From the NCBI GenBank assembly GCA_963666565.1, contig OY762911.1, forward strand, positions 3,712,001 through 3,776,000: 64,000 nucleotides of DNA, in the 5' to 3' direction. Below the pieces are notes generated by a model. The model searched no databases. It saw only the letters and a list, made by a program, of their open reading frames with translations, and was not told the DNA's origin. This stretch comes from Thermoanaerobaculia bacterium (GTDB taxonomy: Bacteria; Acidobacteriota; Thermoanaerobaculia; Multivoradales; Multivoraceae). This document shows, in pieces, positions 47,028-59,106 of this stretch. Position numbers and translations under genes: made by a program. The stretch's first letter is position 1, and each line of letters opens with the position of its first letter.

Positions 47028-47699
47028 CTAAGGCCGGCTCAGCGACCGCTCCGCGACCGCCGCCAGCACCCGCCGCAAGGTCCGCGGCGCCGCAAAGTCC
47101 ACGATCCAGGCCGGGAGTCTCCCGCCAGGGTCGGTCAGCAACCGGTAGACGACGACGGTCCGTTCGGCGTCAAGCGGAACCAGCGTCCAGGAGCCCCTGC
47201 TCTCCCTGACGTTGCCGGAGCCTTCGACGTAGGTCCAGCGGGCCCGCCAGCCCGCACCGGCCTCCGTCTCGACGGCCCCGGACTCGACGCGGACCGTGTA
47301 GCGCCGATCTTCCACCGGGAACGGCATGTCCAGGATCTGCCGGTTCAGGTAGACGCGCGGCGAGACCGGCTCTACGTCGGACTCGAGGACGCGCGGCATG
47401 AACTCGTCGAAGTGCGCAGCCTCGTCGATGACCCTGCGCACCGCACTCAGAGGCGCCTCGATCACTCCGAGACCGCAGCCCTCCCTGATACGTCCGCCGG
47501 CGGCACGTCTCGACACGCGCCACTTCCCAACCGCCGGCAAGTCCCACGCCAAAGGCCTGCCGATGAGGTGGTCCTCAGACACCGACCCGAAGTCGGATTC
47601 ACATGGGTCCATCGCCTGCGCCGGAGCGACGGCAAACGCCAGACAGACCACAACCGCGCCCGCCGCTCGTTCGATGGCGTCGGCCGCCGACGCGCTCAA
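47028..47699 (-). CDS. SRPBCC/START-like (polyketide cyclase/dehydrase) family protein
   Basis: TTGA-coupled start; I.AP...V..V.......EFMP.V.ES, L..PFPV.DR.Y, GSW.L.P, DPGG.LPAWIV. Confidence 0.75.
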   Translation of the reverse strand: MSASAADAIERAAGAVVVCLAFAVAPAQAMDPCESDFGSVSEDHLIGRPLAWDLPAVGKWRVSRRAAGGRIREGCGLGVIEAPLSAVRRVIDEAAHFDEFMPRVLESDVEPVSPRVYLNRQILDMPFPVEDRRYTVRVESGAVETEAGAGWRARWTYVEGSGNVRESRGSWTLVPLDAERTVVVYRLLTDPGGRLPAWIVDFAAPRTLRRVLAAVAERSLSRP

Positions 47700-49054
47700 G
47701 ACCCCCTTCGCTCCGCCCGCAGCCGGTTGAAGTAGTCCGTCGCCGCAGCCTTCACCTTCGGCGCCAGGAGCAGCGTCGCGATCAGGTTCGGCACCGCCAT
47801 CATGGCCAGGGCGGTGTCGATCATGTTGATCACCATGCTGGCGCTCCACCAGGCGCCGACGAAGATGCCGGCGAGGTAGAACCAGGTGTAGAGCCCGTCG
47901 CGCTCGGCGCCGAACAGGTAGGCGAAGCAGCGCTTGCCGTAGTACGAGTAGCTGACCATCGTCGAGATTGCGAACATCATCACGATCAGCACCAGCAGGG
48001 CGCGGCCCGGCGCGCCCAGGGCGCTCTCGACCGCGTCGGCGGTCAGCGACACGCCCGTGATCTCGCCGACAGTCTCCAGGCCGCTCGAGAGGATGACGAA
48101 GGCGGTGAGCGAGCAGACGACGATCGTGTCGATGAAGGGGCCGAGCATCGCCACCAGGCCCTCGCGCACCGGTTCGTTCGTCTTCGCCGCGCCGTGGGCG
48201 AGCGGCGCGGTACCGAGACCCGCCTCGTTGGAGAACGCCGCCCGGCGGACGCCGATCATCATCGCCTGCTGGAAGCCGATGCCCATCGCGCCGCCTGCCG
48301 CGGCGGTGCCGGTGAAGGCCTCGCGGAAGATGCGGCCGAACACCTCGACGGCCACGTCCGAGCGCACGAAGAGGACGCAGAGCGCCATGCCCAGGTACAG
48401 GACGCACATGACCGGCACGAACCGGCCCGTCACCGCGCCGATCCGTTCGACGCCGCCGAACGCCACCAGCGCGACCAGGGCCACGCAGCCCACTCCGGTC
48501 AGCATCGGATCGAGTCCGAACTGGGCGTTCAGGAGTTCCGCCACCTGGTTGCTCTGGAACATCGGCAGGCAACCGAACAGGCCGAAGGTGCAGAACATGA
48601 TCGCCAGCGGCCGGAACTTCTTGCCGAGGCCGAGTTCGATCGTGTACATCGTGCCGCCGAGGAGCGCGCCCCGTTCGTCCCGGCCACGGTAGATCTGGGA
48701 CAGCGTGCAGGAGAAGAACTTGGTGCCCATGCCGACGACGGCCGCCACCCACATCCAGAACACCGCGCCCGCGCCGCCCTGGGTGACCGCGATGGCGACG
48801 CCGCCGATGTTGCCGACCCCGATCGTGGCCGCCAGAGCCGTCGACAGGGCCTGGAAGTGGCTGATGTGCCCCGGATCGTCGGGCGAGTCGTACTTGCCCA
48901 GGGTCACCGCGGTGGCGTGCCCCATGTGGAGCAGCGGCCGCAGGCGGACGTAGAGACAGAAGAAGGCGCCCGAGCCGATCAGCAGCACGACCAGGGGCAT
49001 GCCCCAGGCGTAGCCGACGGCGACTTCCAGGAACCGGTCGAGCGAGTTCAGCAT
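47696..49054 (-). CDS. Alanine/glycine:cation symporter (AGCS family)
   Basis: ISHFQALSTALAATIGVGNIGGVA, GAVFWMW, RAAFSNEAGLG, GPFIDTIVVC. Confidence 0.93.
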   Translation of the reverse strand: MLNSLDRFLEVAVGYAWGMPLVVLLIGSGAFFCLYVRLRPLLHMGHATAVTLGKYDSPDDPGHISHFQALSTALAATIGVGNIGGVAIAVTQGGAGAVFWMWVAAVVGMGTKFFSCTLSQIYRGRDERGALLGGTMYTIELGLGKKFRPLAIMFCTFGLFGCLPMFQSNQVAELLNAQFGLDPMLTGVGCVALVALVAFGGVERIGAVTGRFVPVMCVLYLGMALCVLFVRSDVAVEVFGRIFREAFTGTAAAGGAMGIGFQQAMMIGVRRAAFSNEAGLGTAPLAHGAAKTNEPVREGLVAMLGPFIDTIVVCSLTAFVILSSGLETVGEITGVSLTADAVESALGAPGRALLVLIVMMFAISTMVSYSYYGKRCFAYLFGAERDGLYTWFYLAGIFVGAWWSASMVINMIDTALAMMAVPNLIATLLLAPKVKAAATDYFNRLRAERRGS

Positions 49055-49064
49055 GCTGGCGAGG

Positions 49065-50588
49065 TCACTCGGGCACCACGTCCAGGGTCACCGGATCCCG
49101 CTCCGGCAGGATCGTCACGCCGCCGCCGATCTTCTCCGCGATCTCCGCCATCGTGGCGCGGCCGTCGGCGTCGCCCGGCTCGATCGCCTCCCAGTCGCCG
49201 ACGATCAGCATGACCAGCCGGTCGGGCCGGAGATGCCGCTCGGCCACGCGCTCGACGTCGGCCGGCGTCACCGCCTCGACGTTCGCGCGGTAGGTCCGCC
49301 AGTAGTCGTGGGGTCGGCCCAGGAACTCGTCCTGCGCGAAGATGGAAGCGATGGCCTCGGCCGACTCGAAGTTGCCCGGGAAGGTCTCGATCGCGGACGC
49401 CTTGACCGTCTGGAGTTCGTCCTCGGGAACGAGTTCCGTCCGCATCCGGTCGACCTCCTCCAGCGCGATCTTCGCCGCGAAGGCGACCGTCTCGCTCTTC
49501 GACTCGAAGGTGATGGCCAGACTGCCGGGCCAGTAGCTGCCGATGCCGAAGTCGGAGTAGGCGCCGTAGGCCAGCCCCTCGTCCGAGCGGATCCGCTTCA
49601 TCAGCCGGGTGGTGAAGCCGCCGTCGCCGAGCACCCCGTCCATCATCTCGAGCGCGAAGTGGTCGGGAGTGCCCCAGTCCTCGCGCTGGAACGTGCGGTG
49701 GCCGATCTGCACGCGCCCCTGCGGAATGTCCTGCTGCGCCACGTAGACGCCGGGCGCGGGCTCGTACGCGGCCGCCCGCGGCGGCCACGGCGCCCGGTCG
49801 CGGCCCTCTTCCTCGAAGCGCCCGAGCAGCGCCGACAACTTCCCCGCGAGTTCGTCGCTGTCGAAGTCGCCCGCAGCGGCGACGACCATGTGGCCGGGAT
49901 GGACGTAGCGGCGATGGAACGCCGCCAGATCGTCGCGCCCGATCGCGTCCATCGAAGCCGCGGTGACGAACCGCGACTCGACGTGGTCCGGCCCGTAGAG
50001 CAGCCACTGGCCCTCCCGGTCCGCGACGTCGGCCGGATCGTCGTTGCGCTGCTTGAGCCACTCCAGCTCGTTCTCCTTCGCCAGGTCGAGCCGCTCGCCG
50101 TCGAAGCGGGGCTCCGTGAGCATGGAGAAGAAGAGGTCGAGGCACTCGTCGAGCACCGTCGACAGGCAGTTCATCGACATCCTGGCGCTCGTGCCGCCGA
50201 TGAACGCCGAGAAGTTCCCGGCGACCGCCTCCACCGCCTCGTCGAAGGCCTTGGCCTCCAGTTCGCCGGCGCCGCCCGTCCGCATCAGTTCGCCGGTCAG
50301 GGAGGCCAGCCCGGTCTGCTCGACGGGCTCCAGCCAGGAGCCGACGCGAAACCGCACCGTGACATCGACCAGCGGCAGCGAACGGTCCGGCACCAGGTAG
50401 GCGGGAACGCCCCCGGTCAGCTCGCGGCGGAAACCGTCCGCGTCCGGCAGCTCGAAGTCGAGCGGTCCGTACGTCAGTTCGCTCGGGTGCGCGACGATCT
50501 CGGCGCGGCCCTGGGCGCCGGCCCACGACGCCGAGCCGAGGCAGAGAGCGACGAGAACCAGAACCCTCGCAACGGCGCGTCCGTTCAC
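49065..50588 (-). CDS. M16 peptidase family, non-catalytic subunit
   Basis: Signal peptide; M16 fold motifs (LG.GGF..RL...IR..EGLAY); no HxxEH. Confidence 0.85.
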   Translation of the reverse strand: MNGRAVARVLVLVALCLGSASWAGAQGRAEIVAHPSELTYGPLDFELPDADGFRRELTGGVPAYLVPDRSLPLVDVTVRFRVGSWLEPVEQTGLASLTGELMRTGGAGELEAKAFDEAVEAVAGNFSAFIGGTSARMSMNCLSTVLDECLDLFFSMLTEPRFDGERLDLAKENELEWLKQRNDDPADVADREGQWLLYGPDHVESRFVTAASMDAIGRDDLAAFHRRYVHPGHMVVAAAGDFDSDELAGKLSALLGRFEEEGRDRAPWPPRAAAYEPAPGVYVAQQDIPQGRVQIGHRTFQREDWGTPDHFALEMMDGVLGDGGFTTRLMKRIRSDEGLAYGAYSDFGIGSYWPGSLAITFESKSETVAFAAKIALEEVDRMRTELVPEDELQTVKASAIETFPGNFESAEAIASIFAQDEFLGRPHDYWRTYRANVEAVTPADVERVAERHLRPDRLVMLIVGDWEAIEPGDADGRATMAEIAEKIGGGVTILPERDPVTLDVVPE

Positions 50589-52402
50589 TGTTCACCTCCC
50601 TCGTCTTCGGGTTCCTGCAGTTCGGCCAGCCGCCCCTCGATCACGCCGCGCATCCAGTCGAGCGCCGGGCGCATTTCTTCCGGCACCTGGGCCGACTGGG
50701 CCTGCATCTGCTGGAGAACCGTCTCCAGTTGCGCCGGGTCCTCGATCCGGGCGATGGCTTCCGCCTGAGACATGAGTGCCGTCCGCATCTCCGGCGGCAG
50801 CGCTTCCAGTTCGGCCGGCGTCTCCTTCGCTTCGGTTCCCTCCTCGCGGTAGTACAGGCTCACCAGACGCTTCGAGGGCTCGAAGTACTTCGCCGCCACC
50901 CGCTGCACGTCCTCGGCGGTGACTTCGTTCGTCCGCTCCGCGACCCTGTTCAGATAGCGCCAGTCGCCCAGCGCGTCCATGACCGCCAACTGGATCATCA
51001 GGAAGAACGGATCCCGGAGTTGCCGGTAGGTATCGGCCGACACCCGGTTCTTCACCTTGGCCAGTTCGTCCTCCGGGACCGGCTCGGCGATCAGTTCCGC
51101 GACGATCCCGTCCCAGGCGGCCAGGAGCTGCTCGGGAGTGGCATCGCCCTTCGTCTCGGCGCGCAGATTGAAGACGCCGGCGTACTTCCTCGCCTCGTAG
51201 AAGGCGCTGGCGCTGGACGCGATCTCGGCGCCCTCCACGACCCGCTCGTAGAGACGCCCGGTGCGGCCGTTCAGGACGCCCGCGACGACGTCGAGGGCGT
51301 AGCCGTCGCCGTGGCCGAACGGCACGGCGTGATAGCGCACCTGGAGCTGGGGCTGGCAGTCGCACTCGGCCGTCATCCGCTTCTCGGCCAGTTGCTCGGC
51401 CTCGAGGGTGACGACGTCCGGCGCAGGCCGCTCGGCCCGGGCGAGGCGGCCGAAGTAGCGTTCAGCCAGGCCCCTCACCTCGGCCGGGTCGAAGTTGCCG
51501 ACCAGCACGGCGCTCAGGTTGTTCGGCGCGTAGTAGGTGGCGAAGAACTCGTCGGCCTGGGACTTGCCGATCACCTCCAGGTCGGACGCCCAGCCGATAA
51601 CCGGCCAACTGTACGGATGGGACTGCCAGAACATGGCGTCCGCCTGCTCGTCGTAGCGTCCGGTCGGCGTCGACTCGGTGCGCAGGCGCCGTTCCTCGTA
51701 GACCACGTCGCGCTCGGCGTAGAACTCGCGGAACACCGGATTCAGCAGGCGGTCGGACTCCAGCCAGAACCAGAGTTCCAGCCGGTTCGCCGGCAACTGG
51801 TTGATGTAGACCGTGAAGTCGTTGCTGGTGAAGGCGTTCAGGCTCGTGCCGCCGCCGTCGGTGTAGACCTTGTCCAGCTCGTCCTTGACCATCAGCTCCC
51901 GCTGCTCTTCCACGAGTTCCTGGAACTCGGCGCGCAGCGCGTTCAGGGCGTCGGTGCGGTGGGCCGGGTCGTACGGGTCGTCGATCTCGCCCAGGCGCCA
52001 GCGCCGGCGCTGCTCCCGGAGTTCGGCGCGGATCTCCTCCTGGACCGCCTCCTGTTCCGCGACGATCTCGAGATCGCGCTCGATGTCCTTCGTGCCGATC
52101 GTGTGCGTCCCCTTGAACATCATGTGCTCGAAGAAGTGGGCGAGGCCGGTGATCCCCGGCCGTTCGTTGGCCGAGCCGACGTGCGCCACCCAGCCCGCCG
52201 CCACTGTCGTCAGCTCCGGGCGGCTCACGAGCAGGAAGCGCATGCCGTTGTCGAGTTCGAACTCCTCCACCGGCACGGCGGCCGCGGTGGCGGCGTCCTG
52301 CGCCGCGACGCCGCCGGGCGAGACGGCAACGAGAGCGATCGTCGCGAGCAGGGCGGCGCCGATGGCCGCAGGCCCCCTCGCCCTCCCGGGAAGCGTCGTC
52401 AC
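50585..52402 (-). CDS. M16 zinc peptidase, catalytic subunit
   Basis: LDNGM, GSANE.PG.TGLAHFFEHMMFKGT (HxxEH), NAFTS, E..VV.EERR, YYAPNN. Confidence 0.92.
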   Translation of the reverse strand: MTTLPGRARGPAAIGAALLATIALVAVSPGGVAAQDAATAAAVPVEEFELDNGMRFLLVSRPELTTVAAGWVAHVGSANERPGITGLAHFFEHMMFKGTHTIGTKDIERDLEIVAEQEAVQEEIRAELREQRRRWRLGEIDDPYDPAHRTDALNALRAEFQELVEEQRELMVKDELDKVYTDGGGTSLNAFTSNDFTVYINQLPANRLELWFWLESDRLLNPVFREFYAERDVVYEERRLRTESTPTGRYDEQADAMFWQSHPYSWPVIGWASDLEVIGKSQADEFFATYYAPNNLSAVLVGNFDPAEVRGLAERYFGRLARAERPAPDVVTLEAEQLAEKRMTAECDCQPQLQVRYHAVPFGHGDGYALDVVAGVLNGRTGRLYERVVEGAEIASSASAFYEARKYAGVFNLRAETKGDATPEQLLAAWDGIVAELIAEPVPEDELAKVKNRVSADTYRQLRDPFFLMIQLAVMDALGDWRYLNRVAERTNEVTAEDVQRVAAKYFEPSKRLVSLYYREEGTEAKETPAELEALPPEMRTALMSQAEAIARIEDPAQLETVLQQMQAQSAQVPEEMRPALDWMRGVIEGRLAELQEPEDEGGEQ

Positions 52403-52487
52403 AACCTGTTCTCCTTTTCGGCCCTTGGCGTCGGCTGCGGGCGCCAGCCACTCTACCGCCTCGCCGGGCGCCGCCGGGCAGAGAGCG

Positions 52488-52517
52488 TTGACATCCGCGC
52501 CCCGACCCGGCTAGTGT
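52488..52517 (+). promoter_or_regulatory. Sigma70-type promoter of groESL
   Basis: TTGACA (52488-52493) - 18 nt - TAGTGT (52512-52517). Confidence 0.75.
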
Positions 52518-52543
52518 CAGCACTCGCGCGGGAAGAGTGCTAA
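52517..52543 (+). promoter_or_regulatory. CIRCE element (HrcA operator)
   Basis: TCAGCACTC-N9-GAGTGCTAA; 1 mismatch to TTAGCACTC-N9-GAGTGCTAA; upstream of groES. Confidence 0.92.
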
Positions 52544-52656
52544 CAGCGACCGCCGCCAGACAGCCGGCGCCGCCGGCATCCGCAGCCTCGCACGGCCACT
52601 CGTTCCACCGCAACGACACCATCCACCGACACCAACCCAACAGGAGGAGATCGCCG

Positions 52657-54610
<1,954 letters not shown>

Positions 54611-54636
54611 CCAAGCCGGCTACCGGCAAAGCACCC

Positions 54637-54664
54637 AGGGCGGCCCTCCGGGGCCGCCCTTTTT
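54637..54664 (+). terminator. Rho-independent terminator of groESL
   Basis: AGGGCGGCCC-TCCG-GGGCCGCCCT followed by TTTT. Confidence 0.9.
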
Positions 54665-54702
54665 CGTCCGGCTCGATGTAGCGGCCGAGTGCGCCGGCGG
54701 CT

Positions 54703-54770
54703 GGGTGCGCGGGTCTTCCGACCCGCTGCCGCCGAAGGCGGCCGGAAGAACGCGCCGGCCGAAGGCCGGC
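54703..54770 (+). repeat. Extended REP-like element (variant A plus second hairpin)
   Basis: GGGTGCGCGGGTCTTCCGACCCGCTGCCGCCGAAGGCGGC...CCGGCCGAAGGCC; aligns over about 65 nt with the reverse complement of the right arm of the 46881-47015 element. Confidence 0.85.
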
Positions 54771-55619
54771 TCAACTCTGGTTGCCGTCCAGCAAGGCCGC
54801 GATCACGTCATCCACCGCCACACCCTCCGCCGCGCCGCGGAACCCGGCAAGCCGCAGGTACGCATCCGCCGCGGCGCGATGGAACCCGTCCGGCAGCCCC
54901 GCCGCCTCGAGGGTCGAGGCGATCTCCTCCATCTCGCCGGCGAAGCGCCACGCCTTCGGAGCGGCCGTCGCCGCCGCTCGCACGCTCCTCTTCTCCAGGC
55001 CCGGCTGCGATCTCGCCCATTCCCCGAGCAGGCCCTCCTCGACGCCGTAGGCCCGCGCCGCGGCCCGGAGCGAAAGCAACAGCGCCGCGCTGCCCTTCGT
55101 GAAGCCGGCGTAACACATCTTGAGCGCGGAGGCGGCGCCGGCCTCCGCCCCGAGGTCGATCGCCTCGAGCGCCGAACCGGCGAACAGGGCCGCGACCTCC
55201 GCCGCCCCGTCGCCCGAAAGATAGAGCCGCGTCGTCCCCGGCCGAACCGCCGGCGGCCCGACGATGCCGCCGTCCACGAACCGCGCGCCGCCCGCCGCGG
55301 CGGTGCCCGCGATATCGAGCGCCGTGGCGGGCGACACCGCGTTCGCCTCGAGATAGAGGCCGTTGAAGCCGGTTGCGGCGACCGCCTCGGCCAGCGCCAG
55401 GGCGCCGTGGGGAGGGCAGACCGAGAGCACGGCGTCGGCGGCCGCCGTCACGGCGGCGAGCGTCTTCAGATCATCGAAGCCGGCGCCCGCGGCCCGGGCG
55501 CGGGTTTCCCGGCTTCGCCCCTCGGACGCCCACACGACCCGGACCGGCTCTCGCACCGCCACGCCGACGGTGACGCCCATCGCTCCCGGATGGAGAAGCC
55601 CGATGGTGGCGATCGTCAA
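54771..55619 (-). CDS. NAD(P)-dependent oxidoreductase, 6-phosphogluconate-dehydrogenase-like with DUF1932 C-terminus
   Basis: IGLLHPGAMG, VDGGIVGPP, ASALKMCYAG.TKG, KAWRF.GEMEEIA. Confidence 0.85.
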   Translation of the reverse strand: MTIATIGLLHPGAMGVTVGVAVREPVRVVWASEGRSRETRARAAGAGFDDLKTLAAVTAAADAVLSVCPPHGALALAEAVAATGFNGLYLEANAVSPATALDIAGTAAAGGARFVDGGIVGPPAVRPGTTRLYLSGDGAAEVAALFAGSALEAIDLGAEAGAASALKMCYAGFTKGSAALLLSLRAAARAYGVEEGLLGEWARSQPGLEKRSVRAAATAAPKAWRFAGEMEEIASTLEAAGLPDGFHRAAADAYLRLAGFRGAAEGVAVDDVIAALLDGNQS

Positions 55620-55647
55620 GGCAACGCGCGCGGGTAAACAAACCGCC

Positions 55648-56640
55648 TCAACCGCCCGATGTCTCCGCCCTCGCGGCCGCCGCGGCTTCGGCGTCCTCGG
55701 CGCGGGCGCCGCGCAGCAGGTTCAGCATGCCGTAGTTTCCCTCGTGACAGGCGTACTCGAACAGGGGCAACGGGTTCCTGCTCATCGGAATGACCGCTGT
55801 CCAGGGACCCGCGAAGGACTCCGGGTCGTCGATCGTGTACTCGTAGACGAGGCGGTCCTCTCCCACCCGGGTGAACCTCTCCGTCAGGCGCATGTTCGGC
55901 CCCGAACCGCGAAAGCTCGTCTCGCCGGTGAAGTTCGTCGAGACCACGACCAGCGTGTCGCCCTCCCAGTGACCCCGGGGATCGCCCCGCCACTGGCGCA
56001 CGTCCTCGGGCAGCGGGGCACGCCCGTCGAGCGGCACGATCCGCGAGTCGTGGACCATCTCGACCAGGAGCACGACCGTGTCCTCGGTCTGGAAGATCTG
56101 GACGTTGTTGTTGTAGGCGCTCGGGCTCATCGGCGGGCCGGCGTTGAAGCCCAGGATGCAGCGCTCGGCGACGCCGCGATCCTCCGGGCCGTGGGCCGGC
56201 CGGCGGCGCGCCGCCGTCCTCTCGGCGACTCGCCGCTTCGCCACCTCGGTCAGCTCGGGAATCCGGCCGTCCGGCGGATCGACGATGAGCGACGTCCGCC
56301 GGTCCTCGGTCAGCTTGTCGCCGTAGTCCCACCAGAACTGGTTGTAGGCGTTCGCCACGTCGGCCTGGGCCGAGAGGCCGTCGCTCGTCCGGCGATCCTT
56401 GTTCCGCCGCGCGAGCGTCCGCTGCTCGAACTCGGCCGCGGCCTCGGCGCTGCCGAAGCGCTCCTGCTCGCCGAGTTCCTCCGGCCGCTCGAGCGGCGTG
56501 ATCGTCCGGAAGTCCCAGACCCCGCGCAAATCGGGCGCTCCCCAGGGCGTCCGCTCCTGTTCCGGCGCGCCCTGCGCGACGAGGGGCGTCCCGGCCAGCA
56601 TGACGATGGCGAACGCTGCGATCGGCGACTTCCTGCCCAT
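55648..56640 (-). CDS. Conserved exported hypothetical protein (EYACHEGNY family, paralogue 3)
   Basis: GGAGG RBS then ATG at 56640; RTPWG.PDL.GVW, YNQFW, ERC, WEGDTLVV, FEYACHEGNY. Confidence 0.85.
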   Translation of the reverse strand: MGRKSPIAAFAIVMLAGTPLVAQGAPEQERTPWGAPDLRGVWDFRTITPLERPEELGEQERFGSAEAAAEFEQRTLARRNKDRRTSDGLSAQADVANAYNQFWWDYGDKLTEDRRTSLIVDPPDGRIPELTEVAKRRVAERTAARRRPAHGPEDRGVAERCILGFNAGPPMSPSAYNNNVQIFQTEDTVVLLVEMVHDSRIVPLDGRAPLPEDVRQWRGDPRGHWEGDTLVVVSTNFTGETSFRGSGPNMRLTERFTRVGEDRLVYEYTIDDPESFAGPWTAVIPMSRNPLPLFEYACHEGNYGMLNLLRGARAEDAEAAAAARAETSGG

Positions 56641-56726
56641 GCGAGTCCCTCCCTTGACGGCGTGGTCCGAGTGTAGCCCGCGAGGACGGGATGAGCCGAA
56701 CACCGAGCCTGCGAGGGTTCGGGACG

Positions 56727-58052
56727 CTACCCGGCGGACCCCGGCTCGCCCGCCAGCACGGACCGGTCCGGCGGCCGGCAGAACCAGATGGACGCCGCGC
56801 CCATGACCGCCAGGGCGGCGAGGGCCCAGAGCGTGCCCGCGTAGGAACCGGTTCGATCCGCCGCGGCGCCGGCCAGAACCGGCCCGAGAGCGCCGATGAC
56901 GCCGATCAGGGCGAGCCGGACGCCGGTGGTGCCGACGAATCCCGCCCGGCCGAAGAACCAGCCGAACACGACGACCTCGCTCGTGTACGCGGTGCCGTAG
57001 GCAACGCCGATCGCGAAGACGCAAGGGTACGCGACGACCGCGGAGTCCGCCGACACGAAGACCGAAAGGGCGACCGCGTTGACCAGCAGGGCCAGCGCGA
57101 GGACGCGCGTCGGCGCCATGAAGTCCCCCAGCGAGCCGGCCAGCCGGCCGAACAGGCTGGACCCCACCCGCGCGCCCAGAATCGCCGACGCGGCGAGCGT
57201 CGTGAAGCCGAGATCCTCCAGGTGGAGGCCGCCGTGGGCGGACATGACCCGCCACGGCACGGTGTTCGCTGCCGTCGCGAAGGTGGCGATCCAGAACTGG
57301 GGCGTGCGGAGCGCGCGCAGCACGACGCCCTTCGGCGCCCGCCCGCCAGGCGCTTCGGGGCCGCTCTCCGCCAGCCCTTCCGCGGCCGGACGGCCCGAAC
57401 CGCCAGGTTCCGGAGTCTCGGCATCGTCCGGCGGCAGCCCGTCGCGACGTTGGCCGAGGTCGGCAGGCTGATTGCGGATCAGGAGCACGGCGATCACCGC
57501 GACGAAGAGAGAGATCCCGCTGACGATCTGCCAGCCCACGCGCCAGTCCCACGACTCGAGCACGAGCCCGGCCACCGGCGGCCACAGGAAACCGACGACC
57601 CCGGCGCCCGTCAGGATGATCCCCGTCGCCCGCGCCCGATACCTGCGGAACCAGAAGACCGGGATCGTCTGGGCGGGCAGCAGAGTCGAGAAGCCGATCC
57701 CGATGCCGCCGACGAGGGAGTAGCCGACGTAGAGTCCCGTCGCGCTCGTCGCCTGGCTCACCACCCAGAAGCCGCTGGCGGCGCACAACGCCCCGGCCGT
57801 CACCGTGGCCCGGAGGCCCCAGCGACGGATGACCGCCGCCGCGACCGGACTGACGAGGCCGTACGTGAACGTGAACGCCCCGAAGATCTCGCCGATCTGC
57901 TGGCGGGTCAGCCCCAGATCCTCGATCAGCGACGACGCGAAGACGCCCAGACCGTAGTAGGCCGGAGCGATGCCCAGGCCGTAGATCAGGAAGCCGATGC
58001 CGACCATCGGCCAGCCGTAGAACTTCGGCCGGAATCCGCGCAAGGGGCTCAA
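56727..58052 (-). CDS. MFS transporter
   Basis: FYGW start, about 12 hydrophobic segments with a central loop, WF.R.RA.ATG, G...DRTGSY. Confidence 0.88.
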   Translation of the reverse strand: MSPLRGFRPKFYGWPMVGIGFLIYGLGIAPAYYGLGVFASSLIEDLGLTRQQIGEIFGAFTFTYGLVSPVAAAVIRRWGLRATVTAGALCAASGFWVVSQATSATGLYVGYSLVGGIGIGFSTLLPAQTIPVFWFRRYRARATGIILTGAGVVGFLWPPVAGLVLESWDWRVGWQIVSGISLFVAVIAVLLIRNQPADLGQRRDGLPPDDAETPEPGGSGRPAAEGLAESGPEAPGGRAPKGVVLRALRTPQFWIATFATAANTVPWRVMSAHGGLHLEDLGFTTLAASAILGARVGSSLFGRLAGSLGDFMAPTRVLALALLVNAVALSVFVSADSAVVAYPCVFAIGVAYGTAYTSEVVVFGWFFGRAGFVGTTGVRLALIGVIGALGPVLAGAAADRTGSYAGTLWALAALAVMGAASIWFCRPPDRSVLAGEPGSAG

Positions 58053-58056
58053 GTCG

Positions 58057-59106
58057 TCAGGCTCCTCCGGTTCCGGCCGCGCCCGCGCCGGCGGCGGGCG
58101 GCGGCGAATCGGCGTACAGGTGGCAGGCGACCCGCGCCGGGCCGACCGCCTCGAGCAGGGGCGTCACGCGGCCGCAGTGGCCGAGCGCCTTCGGGCAGCG
58201 GGGGTGGAAGCGGCAGCCGGACGGCGGGTTGCGGACGCTCGGTACTTCACCGGCGATCAGGCGGTGGGCCCGCGCCGCCTCGGCCACGGGATCCGGGGTT
58301 GGCACGGACTCCAGCAGCGCCTCCGTGTAGGGGTGCCGGGGCCGCTCGAACAGTTCGTCGCGCTCCGCGACCTCGACGATCCGGCCCAGGTACATCACGC
58401 CGATCCGGTCGCTGATGTGGCGCACGACCGACAGGTCGTGGGCGATGAAGAGATAGGTCAGGCCAAGCTGCTCCTGCAGGTCCATCAGGAGATTGAGCAC
58501 CTGCGCCTGGATCGAGACGTCGAGCGCCGACACCGCCTCGTCGCAGATGACCAGATCGGGCTCGAGCGCCAGCGCGCGGGCGATGCCGATGCGCTGCCGC
58601 TGTCCACCCGAGAACTGGTGCGGGTAGCGGTCCGCCATCGCCGGCAGCAGGCCCACCAGATCGAGCAGCTCCGCCACGCGCTCCCGGAAACGCCGGCGGC
58701 TGCCGGCCAGGCCGTGGACCTTGAGCGGTTCGCCAACGATCTCCCGCACCTTCATGCGCGGGTTGAGCGACCCGAACGGATCCTGGAACACCATCTGCAT
58801 CCGCCGCCTGACGCCGCGAAGCTGCTGCTGGCTCCAGGCGGTCACGTCCTCGCCGCCGAACACGATCCGGCCGGCGGTCGGTTCCAGCATGCGGAGGATG
58901 GCCAGCGCGGTGGTCGACTTGCCGCAGCCGCTCTCCCCCACCAGACCGAACGTCTCGCCGCGCCGGAGCTCGAACGACACTCCGTCGACCGCCTTGACGG
59001 CGCCGACCCGCCGCCTCACGATCACTCCCTCGGTGACCGGGAAGTGGACCTTCAGGTCCTCGACGCGCAGCAGCGTCGCGTCCTCGTCAACGGCGGACCG
59101 GCTCAT
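58057..59106 (-). CDS. Peptide/nickel ABC transporter ATP-binding subunit (DppF/OppF-like)
   Basis: ATGA-coupled start at 59106; [34 protein letters not shown]. Confidence 0.93.
   Translation of the reverse strand: MSRSAVDEDATLLRVEDLKVHFPVTEGVIVRRRVGAVKAVDGVSFELRRGETFGLVGESGCGKSTTALAILRMLEPTAGRIVFGGEDVTAWSQQQLRGVRRRMQMVFQDPFGSLNPRMKVREIVGEPLKVHGLAGSRRRFRERVAELLDLVGLLPAMADRYPHQFSGGQRQRIGIARALALEPDLVICDEAVSALDVSIQAQVLNLLMDLQEQLGLTYLFIAHDLSVVRHISDRIGVMYLGRIVEVAERDELFERPRHPYTEALLESVPTPDPVAEAARAHRLIAGEVPSVRNPPSGCRFHPRCPKALGHCGRVTPLLEAVGPARVACHLYADSPPPAAGAGAAGTGGA

Noticed and set aside
45622-47699. Type II PKS cluster (ketosynthase plus cyclase-like SRPBCC)
   Set aside because: The genes are convergent, there is no ACP or chain-length factor, and SRPBCC is coupled to the symporter operon.
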